Below, in pieces: positions 9,581 through 19,265 of a DNA stretch of 64,000 nt. The translations under genes were made by a program, and so were the position numbers. The stretch's first letter is position 1; each line of letters begins with the position of its first letter. Under the pieces are notes generated by a model. The model did no database searches. It worked only from the letters and a program-made list of their open reading frames with translations, and had not been told where the DNA came from. The stretch is from the NCBI GenBank assembly GCA_000146465.1, contig CP001950.1; one strand, 5' to 3'.

Positions 9581-9973
9581 ATGACTGTGCTGGAAGTGGA
9601 ATTTCCCTTTAGAATTGGTAGGAGACATCCTAAGCTTAAGGTGGATGTTACAATGGAAAGAAAAGAAGATTTGGTGTCCTTTGACATGGAATACGATATG
9701 GACTTGGCGATAGATAATGCAGAACCAAAATCAAAAGAAAGGGCTGGAGGAAGATTTATACACGTATATAAGTTTGTTGATTTGGATAGTGCAATGGAGT
9801 TTATGGAAAGTAGGAAAGCGAAGGCCTTGCCCCCTAAAGGATTGCTGGATGTAGAGAGGGTGGAGAAGGAGATGGACTTATTTATGGAAAGATACGAGGC
9901 AGGGGAAAGAAAAGTCAAGAAGAAGAAAAAGACAATTGTTGTTAGCGAAGATGGATTCATGAAATATGCATGA
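9581..9973 (+). CDS. Hypothetical small basic/acidic protein, about 130 aa
   Basis: The track start at 9554 is a TTG, and the first ATG is at 9581. The tail is Lys-rich (KKVKKKKKT). No family motif recognised. Confidence 0.35.
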   Translation: MTVLEVEFPFRIGRRHPKLKVDVTMERKEDLVSFDMEYDMDLAIDNAEPKSKERAGGRFIHVYKFVDLDSAMEFMESRKAKALPPKGLLDVERVEKEMDLFMERYEAGERKVKKKKKTIVVSEDGFMKYA

Positions 9974-10021
9974 GCAGCCAAAGCCGATCCAAGAGGTCTC
10001 CAAAGAAAGAAACCTTTATTA

Positions 10022-10666
10022 TCAAGACAACAGAAACATAATAAACTCTTGGATGACAACTATTCCAAAGAGATAATATGCTCTTCTCATCCTTTCTGCT
10101 CCCTTGTCCATCACGCGTCTCTTCAAACTTCTGCTAAGAAATACAAAGAAACTTACATACAGATACATTCCTCCAATCACCCGCACATACTGGATTTTGT
10201 TCAGGCGGAGGAGCACGGCAATGACATACTTGTATCCACTGTATGCTATTACATCAAGGGTGCAGAGAGTTACATCAACAAAGTAACCAGAGACTCTCAT
10301 AAACAACACACACATGGCTTCGAGGAAAAACAGCCTAGTAAACACAATTCCTAGCTTCTCGGGGCTAAACACTCCTTCAAGCCCGAGGTGTAATGCTCTC
10401 ACCAAGACATAGGAGATAAAGCTCATAACTGGAATATAAAGCTCAGGCCTTGCCATTCCTTCATCGTCACTTGCCCATTCTTTGTTATTGAATGGAAACA
10501 GGATGAGCACAAGCTTCTTTAGGACAAATGTATTGTCTATATCGAAATATGTACGGAAGGGTTTTAAAGACACCCCGCTAAGGCCTTTGTTAGCATATTC
10601 AGTACTCCTCTTAATCGCTTCTTTTCCTATTTCTATTTCCATGGGTGTTTTGATCCAAAGCTTCAT
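10022..10666 (-). CDS. YIF1: Yif1/Hrf1-family Golgi transport membrane protein
   Basis: FRTYFDIDNTFVLKKLVLILFPF matches the YIF1 signature (YF.VD..YV.KKL.LLLFPF). The C-terminal hydrophobic helices fit. The track start is a TTG, and the first ATG gives a start at 10666. Confidence 0.5.
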   Translation of the reverse strand: MKLWIKTPMEIEIGKEAIKRSTEYANKGLSGVSLKPFRTYFDIDNTFVLKKLVLILFPFNNKEWASDDEGMARPELYIPVMSFISYVLVRALHLGLEGVFSPEKLGIVFTRLFFLEAMCVLFMRVSGYFVDVTLCTLDVIAYSGYKYVIAVLLRLNKIQYVRVIGGMYLYVSFFVFLSRSLKRRVMDKGAERMRRAYYLFGIVVIQEFIMFLLS

Positions 10667-10717
10667 CAAAGCAAAAATATCCTACCACGGTCCCAGAGAT
10701 ATAATTTATTAATCAAC

Positions 10718-12193
10718 TCATATTTTTCTTTTAAACTTCTTTGGCATCTTCTCCGTTTCTTTGATGTCATTTCTTGTTAAGTCAAAGCTTACTCGCTTAT
10801 CATTTCTTTTAGACCCTTCGTCACCTCCTTTTCTTCTTTCTCCAAATCGAAACACCTCCTCCTTATGCTCTTGCCTCTCCGACTTCTTCTTCTGCTTTTT
10901 GAGTTTTGAGTTTTTCTTGGAATCTTCGGGTTGCAAGTCATCCTTTGTCTTCTTGTCCTTTGATATTCCATTTATCCTATCAAACACTCTCTGGATTACG
11001 GTGCTTGTTCTCTCCACTTCCTCATTAGTGCGAAGAGACTGGATCTTCTTATCAATAAGTGATTTGAGTTCCAGTCCGTAATCCGGAGTCCTATCCTTCC
11101 CAAAATAATCGATCTTTGCGGCAATAGAGCATTTTGTTGCAATGTACCTACAGATCCTTCCTTTGTCTTTGTCTCGGACCCTCGATAAGTAACTGGTAGT
11201 ATAGATAAGCCCATACTTTGGTGTCTTCGTCTTTGTCTTCAGAGACTTGAACAGAGACTTCTCCGCTCCAAGAAGTTGAAATGTAGATGCCGGAGCCTTT
11301 GCAAGATTTAACAATCCTCCCCCTTGCGAAATGAGCCTTGCTGCAAGCACATCCCCAAGTATGGCTGCAAGATTAGGCGCAATAGATTCCATTTTGTCCT
11401 TAAGATATTTAGACAGGCCTTTTCTGATTTCAATCTTATTGTTCACTATTTCTATTAACTTCTTCAAGTTAATCATGTCCACAGGAGAAAGTTTCATACC
11501 CATGGAATTTCTTTTCAGTTCCTTGATCTTCTCAAGCTTTTCAACATCCACTTCTATATCTTTCCATTCTCCTTTGTTTCCCTCGGTCTCTTCGTCTACA
11601 AAATGCTTTACAGCCTTAATGTATTCATGGTTGTCCTTCAGTGCAACACTCAACTCGGGAAATACCCATCCATAGATTTCTCTTATCCTCATGGAATACG
11701 AATTGATGTCCTTGCCCACTTGTTCTAATAGCATCACTGTGTGGATTACAATAAAGTCTTCTCTCTTTACGTTATATTCAACCTTCTCCCTCGAATATTC
11801 ATATGCTAGACCAAGCACCATCTGCTTGCTATCATATTCATCAAGCCTCATAAGCTTTCTATAGTCCTTTCGGACGCCTCTCATTATATTCTCGCTCTCC
11901 TTCTGTTTGATTCCAAGTACATCAAGGCCCTTTCTTAGAGTGCTGTCGCAATGCAAGACCTTAACATTGTTAAGCTCAAGAAACTTCTTTAAGTCCTCAT
12001 GGATCTCTCCTTGCGAAAGACATTTCAGATGGTCTGACGCCTCGTTAAGACTGGCAAATCTCATTCCAGATCTCAAGTTCAGAACTTGAGTTAGTTTGGT
12101 ATAGTCTTCGTACGTAGACTTCGACATGTCTTCATATTCCTTGAGTTCAAACAGTCCGTATCCCCCTGCATACTCAAAAAGCAAGTGTTCCAT
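10718..12193 (-). CDS. NOP56: Box C/D snoRNP protein Nop56
   Basis: The N-terminus, MEHLLFEYAGGYGLFELK, resembles the Nop56 IEYLLFEEPTGYAVFKV. The NOP domain is present (IAPNLAAILGDVLAARLISQGGGLLNLAKAPASTFQLLGAEKSLFKSLKTKTKTPKYGLIY; AKIDYFG). The tail is K/E-rich. Start is ATG. Confidence 0.75.
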   Translation of the reverse strand: MEHLLFEYAGGYGLFELKEYEDMSKSTYEDYTKLTQVLNLRSGMRFASLNEASDHLKCLSQGEIHEDLKKFLELNNVKVLHCDSTLRKGLDVLGIKQKESENIMRGVRKDYRKLMRLDEYDSKQMVLGLAYEYSREKVEYNVKREDFIVIHTVMLLEQVGKDINSYSMRIREIYGWVFPELSVALKDNHEYIKAVKHFVDEETEGNKGEWKDIEVDVEKLEKIKELKRNSMGMKLSPVDMINLKKLIEIVNNKIEIRKGLSKYLKDKMESIAPNLAAILGDVLAARLISQGGGLLNLAKAPASTFQLLGAEKSLFKSLKTKTKTPKYGLIYTTSYLSRVRDKDKGRICRYIATKCSIAAKIDYFGKDRTPDYGLELKSLIDKKIQSLRTNEEVERTSTVIQRVFDRINGISKDKKTKDDLQPEDSKKNSKLKKQKKKSERQEHKEEVFRFGERRKGGDEGSKRNDKRVSFDLTRNDIKETEKMPKKFKRKI

Positions 12194-12266
12194 GGGGTCT
12201 TATCCTTCCGTTTTTCTAAGCTCAGAACATGATAAACTTGAGGAATAATAATATCAGCTTTAATCT

Positions 12267-13265
12267 TTATAGTTCGATGACACGGTCTGCCGCCTTCTCT
12301 AACCTATCCATGATTGCATGGCCTTGTTCGTCGCAATCCATTCCAGCAACTAAGATTATATCGTTGACCTTGTCGAGCTTTCGAATTCCTCGGAAAAAGT
12401 TCTTGCATATATTTTTCTTATCATCTCCCATGTCGAAGATGTCAACCTTCACATCCGAAAAGATCTTAAGATCCATTCCTGAATGTAAAGCAACACCTAC
12501 TCTAGCAATATTGGAGCTCTCAGAAATATATTTGAGAATTCCATCTTTAATATCTTCTTGTCTTCCTTTGAATAAAACTAACGGTGATTTTGGCGAATAA
12601 TGCTTATGTCTTTTCTCCTTTCCTCCCCATTCATTCTTCTTTACTATCACTTCGCAATCAACAACATCTTTTATTCTTTCCACAGTTATTCCCCCTGGCC
12701 TAAGAACCTGGAGCCTTCCATCCACATACTGCACAATTGTAGACTCTACTCCAATCGAAGACGGACCTCCATCTATCATTAGCTTTACTTCGTCGCCAAA
12801 GTCCTCAATCACATGCTCAATCGTTGTAGGGCTTGGCCTTCCGCTTATGTTGGCTGAGGGGATTACAAGAGGTGCTCCAAGCCTCTCTATTATCTTTAAT
12901 AGAAGCTTACTTCCGGGCATTCTAACGGCAATAGTATTAAGTCCTCCTCTGACTATAGGGCTCACATTGTCTTTCGACTTGAAGAGAAGAGTTAGAGGCC
13001 CAGGCCAGAAGTTCTCTATTAACTTTTTATATTGCAAAGGAATCGGGCCCTCAACGATTTCTTCAAGCATTTGAACTGAAGAAATTCCTGCAATTAGTGG
13101 GTTATTTGCAGGCCTTCCCTTGAGTGCAAATATCCTTTCCACAGCACGGAGGTTCCAAATATTTGCAGCTAGCCCATAGACTGTCTCTGTGGGAACAACC
13201 ACCACATCTTCAAAAAAGTCTAGAACCGACTCGACATCGAGCCCTTCCGCAGAAACCACCCTCAT
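12267..13265 (-). CDS. SUA5: Threonylcarbamoyl-AMP synthase of the Sua5/YrdC family, needed for tRNA t6A
   Basis: YrdC domain motifs VVVPTETVYGLAANIWN and LKGRPANNPLIAGISS, plus a C-terminal SUA5 domain. The track start at 13310 is a TTG, and the first ATG gives a start at 13265. Confidence 0.7.
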   Translation of the reverse strand: MRVVSAEGLDVESVLDFFEDVVVVPTETVYGLAANIWNLRAVERIFALKGRPANNPLIAGISSVQMLEEIVEGPIPLQYKKLIENFWPGPLTLLFKSKDNVSPIVRGGLNTIAVRMPGSKLLLKIIERLGAPLVIPSANISGRPSPTTIEHVIEDFGDEVKLMIDGGPSSIGVESTIVQYVDGRLQVLRPGGITVERIKDVVDCEVIVKKNEWGGKEKRHKHYSPKSPLVLFKGRQEDIKDGILKYISESSNIARVGVALHSGMDLKIFSDVKVDIFDMGDDKKNICKNFFRGIRKLDKVNDIILVAGMDCDEQGHAIMDRLEKAADRVIEL

Positions 13266-13325
13266 TTGTACTGGGGCATATGCTATGGTAAAATTACTGT
13301 TAAACTCCAAACATTGGCCCTTGAG

Positions 13326-13523
13326 ATGGTAAAGGCAACAAAGGGATATTTCCTAAGGACAGAACCTAGTGTAAAGGAAGTGATATTGAAGCTTGGGGAG
13401 ACAGAGAACTTCATAATAGAAGATATAAATGATACATGTATTTTTATCACTCCGGAAGCAGCCTCAGATATCAAGGAACGGGTGGAGCTTATAATGAACA
13501 ATGCAAAAAACCCAGGAAAGTAA
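13326..13523 (+). CDS. TFB5: TFIIH subunit Tfb5/p8 (TTDA), 66 aa
   Basis: MVKATKGYFLRTEPSVKEVILKL...IIEDINDTCIFITPEAASDIKERVELIMNN is collinear with yeast Tfb5 (ARKGALVQCDPSIKALILQID...VLEELDDTHLLVNPSKVEFVKHELNRLLSKN). It lies inside track ORF 13266..13523, whose first codon is a TTG. Confidence 0.5.
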   Translation: MVKATKGYFLRTEPSVKEVILKLGETENFIIEDINDTCIFITPEAASDIKERVELIMNNAKNPGK

Positions 13524-13573
13524 AGAACATCTTCTCTAGAAGAAAGCATATTAGATGATTCTGAAGAGCCCCT

Positions 13574-15250
13574 ATGGGTGTTCGGTCGTTGTGGAAGATT
13601 CTCAAGCCCTCGATGGAGAAGACTACGCCGTCTGGGATAAAACTTGCTGTGGACACAAGCATCTGGATATGCCAGTATGGACACTTAGGAAGTGATGATA
13701 TAATTTACTTTTTTTCAAAAAGGATTATCAAACTTCTGTACCATGGGATCCAACCAGTTTTTGTTTTTGATGGAAAGCCTCCGGAGATCAAAAAGCATGC
13801 CATTTTGGAAAGAAGAAAAAGGAGCAATAGGAGCGGGATAGAAACTGTAGATAAAATGCTCAAATGGGATGAGAATTTAGATCTTCCAAGTAGCAAGGCT
13901 AAGGCTGTCGAGTTTGGAAAGGATAGATATAATTGGGGGGACATCTTCGATTCGGAATTGGATTCACATCTACTTGAATATTCAACAAGTTCGGATGAAG
14001 AAGTCTCTTCTAACGAGCGAGAAGAAAACAGCTTGGAACTAGATATAAGCTTTGATTTTGTTGAATCCAAAGATTTGTCTAGAACACAAAAGCTTAGAAG
14101 GCTGGTTGACCTAAGAGGGCGCAGAAAGGAAATAAGAACAAGATGTAACTTTGACGATCCAGACACTTTCTCAATGCTACAGATTAAGAACTTGAAGATT
14201 CGAAATCTGATCTCCCATAATATAAAAGCTCTGGAAAAAAAAGGTTATAGAAGAGTCCATGGGGATTGTAAGGCCATATATAAGCTTACAAAGAAGCCAG
14301 ATTATGTACGTAACGAGGGAGAAACAACCAACGAATTAAAAAAACCTACAAAGAGGGTTCTTCCTGCAACTGGGCCCGATTTGGAAAATGATATTTCTGA
14401 ATTGGTTGATGAAACGTGTGTAAAGAACAATTTGTCTGTTCAGGATTTGGCATCCTATCCTGTCCTTAAAAGTCTGGTAGATAAGTACAAGGATTCGGAT
14501 AGAAGTCTGAAAAAGGACACAGAGTGTATCCAAGGAGTAGAGAACTACAAAGAAGAGAAAGTGGCTTTGGTAAGTGGTGCGAAAGAAAGGATGATGGGAG
14601 GTTTTTTTGGCCTAGATGGTAGTTTGGACTCTTGGGACACAGTCCAAGAGGAATATGGTAGCTTTTATAAAGGCAGAGAAATCCCCGATGAAACTAATCA
14701 GGGAATCCGTGATATTTGCAGAGTGATGAGGCTTATAAAGGATATCCTGGAGGTGTTCAATATTTCATACGTAGAAGCACCTTCGGAAGCTGATGCCCAA
14801 TGCGGGTTTATGTGCCGCAATAATACTGTTGATGGTGTGATAACTGAAGACAACGATGTTCTACTCTATGGAGGAACAGTTTATAGAAACTTTTTTAGAA
14901 GGGACCGAGGAATAGAGAAATACAGTCTAGAGAGAATCAAAAAGGAGCTCAACCTTGATAGGAAGAATCTTATAGAACTTTCATATCTTCTGGGAAGTGA
15001 CTACACACTAGGAGTCAAGGGAATAGGGCCAGTGAAAGCTCTTGAGGCGGTTAGAAAGGGATCTGTAAGGGAGGAAGATATAGGTATGCTGGTGGGATTA
15101 TACTTGAATCCTGTTGCTATTGATATGAAGGATATTCTAATCCCTGTAGTAGACAAAGACAAAATAAGAATGTTCTATGAAAAAAAAGGACTGAGTAAGG
15201 AAAGAATAGATGGAGTTATGTTTTTCCTTGAAAGAATCAAATTTGGATGA
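13574..15250 (+). CDS. RAD2: XPG/Rad2-family nucleotide-excision-repair endonuclease
   Basis: The XPG-N domain is present (MGVRSLWKILKPS...IKLAVDTSIWICQ...PVFVFDGKPPEIKK). A long acidic spacer follows, then the XPG-I domain (YVEAPSEADAQCGFM...GVITEDNDVLLYGG) and a helix-hairpin-helix region. The spacer between the N and I domains indicates XPG rather than FEN1 or Exo1. Confidence 0.7.
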   Translation: MGVRSLWKILKPSMEKTTPSGIKLAVDTSIWICQYGHLGSDDIIYFFSKRIIKLLYHGIQPVFVFDGKPPEIKKHAILERRKRSNRSGIETVDKMLKWDENLDLPSSKAKAVEFGKDRYNWGDIFDSELDSHLLEYSTSSDEEVSSNEREENSLELDISFDFVESKDLSRTQKLRRLVDLRGRRKEIRTRCNFDDPDTFSMLQIKNLKIRNLISHNIKALEKKGYRRVHGDCKAIYKLTKKPDYVRNEGETTNELKKPTKRVLPATGPDLENDISELVDETCVKNNLSVQDLASYPVLKSLVDKYKDSDRSLKKDTECIQGVENYKEEKVALVSGAKERMMGGFFGLDGSLDSWDTVQEEYGSFYKGREIPDETNQGIRDICRVMRLIKDILEVFNISYVEAPSEADAQCGFMCRNNTVDGVITEDNDVLLYGGTVYRNFFRRDRGIEKYSLERIKKELNLDRKNLIELSYLLGSDYTLGVKGIGPVKALEAVRKGSVREEDIGMLVGLYLNPVAIDMKDILIPVVDKDKIRMFYEKKGLSKERIDGVMFFLERIKFG

Positions 15251-15323
15251 TTCTACTGTTCTTTGAGACTTCTGGAAAATATTATACTAATGTAGGGAAA
15301 AAAAAGGATAAAATTATATCCAT

Positions 15324-16286
15324 ATGAAGCTGAGACCAAGAAGAATAAAGAAGAGATGTTTAGTTTTACTGATTATTTTGTTTAATCTCCTACTGGTTCT
15401 TCTTGTGAAGCATAAAAACAAAATGAACATAGGAAACAAGGTGGATCTTGGTCGTTTGAAATGGTTTGGAACTGGTACAATAGTGGTGTCGGCGATGGAA
15501 ATGTTCCAAGACGTGGGGTTTTCCGATGCCATCTCGAAATCTGAGTTGATTTCCACAGACGTTCAAGGACAAGGAGACGTTGTGGATTCCATACTGAGCC
15601 GTGTAAACGTCGAGGTTAGGGAGATTCTACTCATAGATACAAGGAGACTTAGAGGCATGAACCGTACTGTTTTCCCAAGGTTTGAGAAAGAGAGGGCAAA
15701 CTACAGTCTTGGAATAGACTATATTGAAGAATTGGCCAAGGAATTTATCAGGAGAATAGACAATGGAAGAGTTAAGTACCCATTTGGTAGTAACACAGCA
15801 AGAGAATATGTAATGAGGATAAAGTCGTTTACCAAGAGGCATACCAAGGGAGAAGACGATAGCGAGATTATAAAGCTAGTAAACAAGGTGTTTCCAACCA
15901 TTGAGATATCATTCTACACATACATAATGATGGTTCTACTCAACATTCGAGAGATGATTGTTGAAGATTTTGATTCAATTAAGGAAATATTGAAGACAAG
16001 AAAGATATATAGCATCAGTAACGACAAGATAAATCAGCTTGGAGGAATGATCATGAGAGCCCGGGCTTTCAACGACGGAATACCCGAGTGGAATTTATGC
16101 AATGCATGCGATCAAGTCTTTTTTGAAGAAGATCGCGCCGATTTACAAAAGCTTACGTGTGATGATGTTATATGTAGGAGATGTTTAAAGCAATCCTTCC
16201 TGTATTCTGATGATGAGTTCTGCATAAAGTGCGGGACTGAATACGACATTTTACCTGGAAATCGCTTTAAAGATTTACTTGATTAG
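15324..16286 (+). CDS. Hypothetical membrane-anchored protein with a C-terminal RING-like zinc finger
   Basis: The N-terminal hydrophobic anchor is CLVLLIILFNLLLVLLV. The C-terminus carries Cys pairs CNACDQ...CDDVICRRC...CIKCG. It ends with TAG immediately before the next ATG, in the same frame. Confidence 0.45.
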   Translation: MKLRPRRIKKRCLVLLIILFNLLLVLLVKHKNKMNIGNKVDLGRLKWFGTGTIVVSAMEMFQDVGFSDAISKSELISTDVQGQGDVVDSILSRVNVEVREILLIDTRRLRGMNRTVFPRFEKERANYSLGIDYIEELAKEFIRRIDNGRVKYPFGSNTAREYVMRIKSFTKRHTKGEDDSEIIKLVNKVFPTIEISFYTYIMMVLLNIREMIVEDFDSIKEILKTRKIYSISNDKINQLGGMIMRARAFNDGIPEWNLCNACDQVFFEEDRADLQKLTCDDVICRRCLKQSFLYSDDEFCIKCGTEYDILPGNRFKDLLD

Positions 16287-17819
16287 ATGGTTAGATCATG
16301 TGGATCTGGAAATCAATATGACCCGCCCAAGGCTACAAAATTTAGTCGAGGCTCAAACAAATATGTGATGGAAATGCCCATGAAAAGCATGACGGAGGAT
16401 ATAAAGAAAGAAGGAAAGAAAGGTGGAAGAAATAGAGAAAAAGAATCTTGGAAGAAAGGAGAATTCTTAGGGAAGAAGTATGTGGAAAGAAGCTCTGCCG
16501 GATTGAGTAATATTCGAAGATCCGAGGAGGAATTCCAAGGAAATGGCAAAGATGAAGAAAGAAACAATTTGGAAGGAAAGACAAATAGGAAAGAAACGAG
16601 AGACACAAAGACTAATTCTTTGGAGCTTTCCCTATTGAATAGAACAGCAGAAAGTGATGGAGGTGTGTTCTTGTCTAAAGACGTAAGAGAAACAGAGAAC
16701 GTGAAATGGGAGATATTTGGACTTAAACCCAAACTATTGAAAAGAATACAGGATATTGGGTATAACTTTCCTTCCCCTGTTCAAGTAGCGTCCATCCCAC
16801 ATGCTTTGAAAGGAAGGGACATGCTTGTTAGATCGAAAAACGGGACTGGAAAAACAGCATCCTACACAATTCCTATTCTTAATGCAATAAATCCTGAGGA
16901 GCTGAATATTCAAGGGATTATATTGGTTCCCATAAGAGAGCTTGCATTGCAGATATCGAGAAATGTCAAAAGGTTATCCGAAGGGATGGGAGTGATATCA
17001 GCACCTATTGTTGGAGGAACAAACATGCAGGATGACATCATAAGGGTGTCCAATGGTGTCCATGTGATGGTAGGAACACCTGGGAGAATAGTGGATCTTA
17101 TAGAAAAGAAAATTGGAGTACTTTCAAAGAAGATCATCTTAGTGTTTGATGAGGCTGATAAACTACTTGATGTGACATTTGGAGAGACGGTCACAAGGCT
17201 CCTGGATATCCTGCCAAGAGAAAGACATATATTATTGTACTCGGCGACATTTCCATATTTTGTTACAGGGTTCATCAAGCGGTACATGAGAGATCCACTG
17301 TGTCTCAATCTGATGAAGGAGCTTGTCCCTGTAGGAGTTAAACAGTTTTATACAATTGTAAAGCCTTCAGAAAAGCTTCTTTGTTTAAGATCGCTTCTTC
17401 TGAAACTAAAAATCAATCAGTGTGTGATATTTTGCAACAATATCAAGACTGTGGAGCTTCTGGCTATGAAGGTTACTGAGATTGGGATTCCTTCCTACTT
17501 TATCCATTCGAAAATGACACAAGAAGATAGGAACATAGTATTCCATAACTTTCTGAAGGGAAAGTGCAAGATTCTAGTTGCAACAGACCTCATAACACGT
17601 GGTGTTGATGTTCCCAACACAAACTATGTGATTAACTTTGATATTCCTAAGTCTCCTGAATCCTACCTTCATAGAATTGGAAGGGCAGGTAGGTTTGGAA
17701 CGCCAGGTGTTGCCATAAGTCTGGTTACGACAGAAGAAAAAGAAATGCTAGCAGACATAGAAGTAAAGCTGGGGAAAGAAGTATCTCCTCTCTCAGACGG
17801 AGGTCTAGATCGCTTATGA
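16287..17819 (+). CDS. DHH1: DEAD-box helicase Dhh1/DDX6 (mRNA decapping activator); the N-terminal 140 aa are low-complexity and K/E/R-rich
   Basis: The core matches Dhh1: FGLKPKLLKRIQDIGYNFPSPVQVASIP...GRDMLVRSKNGTGKTASYTIPIL, PIRELALQ, DEAD (VFDEADKL), SAT, HRIGRAGRFGTPGVAISLV. The true start may lie at a downstream Met. Confidence 0.65.
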   Translation: MVRSCGSGNQYDPPKATKFSRGSNKYVMEMPMKSMTEDIKKEGKKGGRNREKESWKKGEFLGKKYVERSSAGLSNIRRSEEEFQGNGKDEERNNLEGKTNRKETRDTKTNSLELSLLNRTAESDGGVFLSKDVRETENVKWEIFGLKPKLLKRIQDIGYNFPSPVQVASIPHALKGRDMLVRSKNGTGKTASYTIPILNAINPEELNIQGIILVPIRELALQISRNVKRLSEGMGVISAPIVGGTNMQDDIIRVSNGVHVMVGTPGRIVDLIEKKIGVLSKKIILVFDEADKLLDVTFGETVTRLLDILPRERHILLYSATFPYFVTGFIKRYMRDPLCLNLMKELVPVGVKQFYTIVKPSEKLLCLRSLLLKLKINQCVIFCNNIKTVELLAMKVTEIGIPSYFIHSKMTQEDRNIVFHNFLKGKCKILVATDLITRGVDVPNTNYVINFDIPKSPESYLHRIGRAGRFGTPGVAISLVTTEEKEMLADIEVKLGKEVSPLSDGGLDRL

Positions 17820-17926
17820 AAGTAACATAGATAAGAATCAAGAATAAGAATAAATATTTTTGAGTTTCATCAATATCTTAAGCATCCATTAGCTTTAATA
17901 CGATCGATTGTGATGTCTAAATCCTT

Positions 17927-19189
17927 CTATTTTTCTTCATCTCCATCTTCTTCTTTTGGAGGCACAAAGTATGGAATCTTCCCTCGGACCCAGTCATGAA
18001 GGATCATTTTAGAAACGGTATTGGTATTGGGTTCTCCCCCCTTCTGTAGTTTACCAAACTTAATTGCGAGTCTTTCAAGTAGGTCTGTAGAATCAAGAAA
18101 TTGAATTCTATATGTCTTTGATATAGAATCCCTAGCCTTTTCAACTATCATATCAATATAGTCTTCTGGATCCTCGATGTTTTCAATTCTTACAGCACCT
18201 CTAAGGACCGCCTGATCATAGTCAGGAATAGGGACAATTCCCGGGCAGTCTATAAGGTAAATCCCTCTTGTAAGTGCTATATACTGCCATACCTTGGTTT
18301 CCCCCGGAATAGGAGCAACTTTGCACACTTCCTTGTTTCTTAAGGTGTTTATTATACTGCTTTTTCCTGTGTTTGGATATCCAACAAATCCAACGCTTAG
18401 ATGTCTCTTCTTGTATAGTTTGCTAAGCTGCTTCAACAGATTTATAAGACTGGCCTTTCCATAGTTGTTTGTTACTGAATTTGAGTGATATGCTATAGTA
18501 GGATGAGACTTTGAGAGACGTTTTAGCCACTTGGCAGTTACCCCAGTAGGAACAAGATCCACTTTGTTCAGTACATACATAAGATGTTTATGAGGCGCTT
18601 CCTCCTTAATGTAACTGGCTATTTTATCACACATGGTTCCCAAAGGATCTCTTGCATCGAGAACATGAACAATCACATCGCTGCTGTCTAGAACCTTGTA
18701 CAACTCAAGCCATATTCGATGGCTCTGGCCCTTCACATGGTCTTTCTTGACTTCTTTCTTTTCCTCTTTGGCTTCCTTGGCTTTCTGAGACAATTCCTCA
18801 AGACTGCTGTACTGAAGATTTGGTTTCTTCCTTACAGATCTTTTTCCAAAAACCTCCTCAAAGTCTCCGCGCTTTTTCTTCTTTGTTCCATCTTCAAGAA
18901 GAGAGTATGGTACCTTTCCAGTGCTAAGCAATACATTATATGGGCTTTCTATCTTTGTCTCTAGTCTAAATGCATCTAGTTCGGTGGATGATATCGTTTT
19001 TGACCCGGTAAACCACTTCCTACTTGGCTCAATTCTTCCAACATCAGCCTTCGAGTTTTGGAAAGGTGCATCTTTGATTATGTCTCCTCTTGAATTCTTC
19101 TTTGCTTTCCCAGACCTCAGCATTTCAAGATATTTCAGTTTCTTCTTGTTGTAGTAGTTTTCACGCATTCTCGGGGATAATTTTTTCAT
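17927..19189 (-). CDS. NOG2: Nucleolar GTPase Nog2/Nug2 (GNL2), a circularly permuted GTPase
   Basis: [34 protein letters not shown] is nearly identical to yeast Nog2 [34 protein letters not shown]. The G4 motif NKVDL precedes G1 (GYPNTGKSS) and DCPG. The N-terminus is of the NGP1NT type. Confidence 0.8.
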   Translation of the reverse strand: [420 protein letters not shown]

Positions 19190-19265
19190 GCCTTAACATT
19201 CCAATCCAAAGCTGAAGATGTCTCTGCTTCCGAAAAAAGATTCCAAGGAAGACTCCAAGAAGTCT

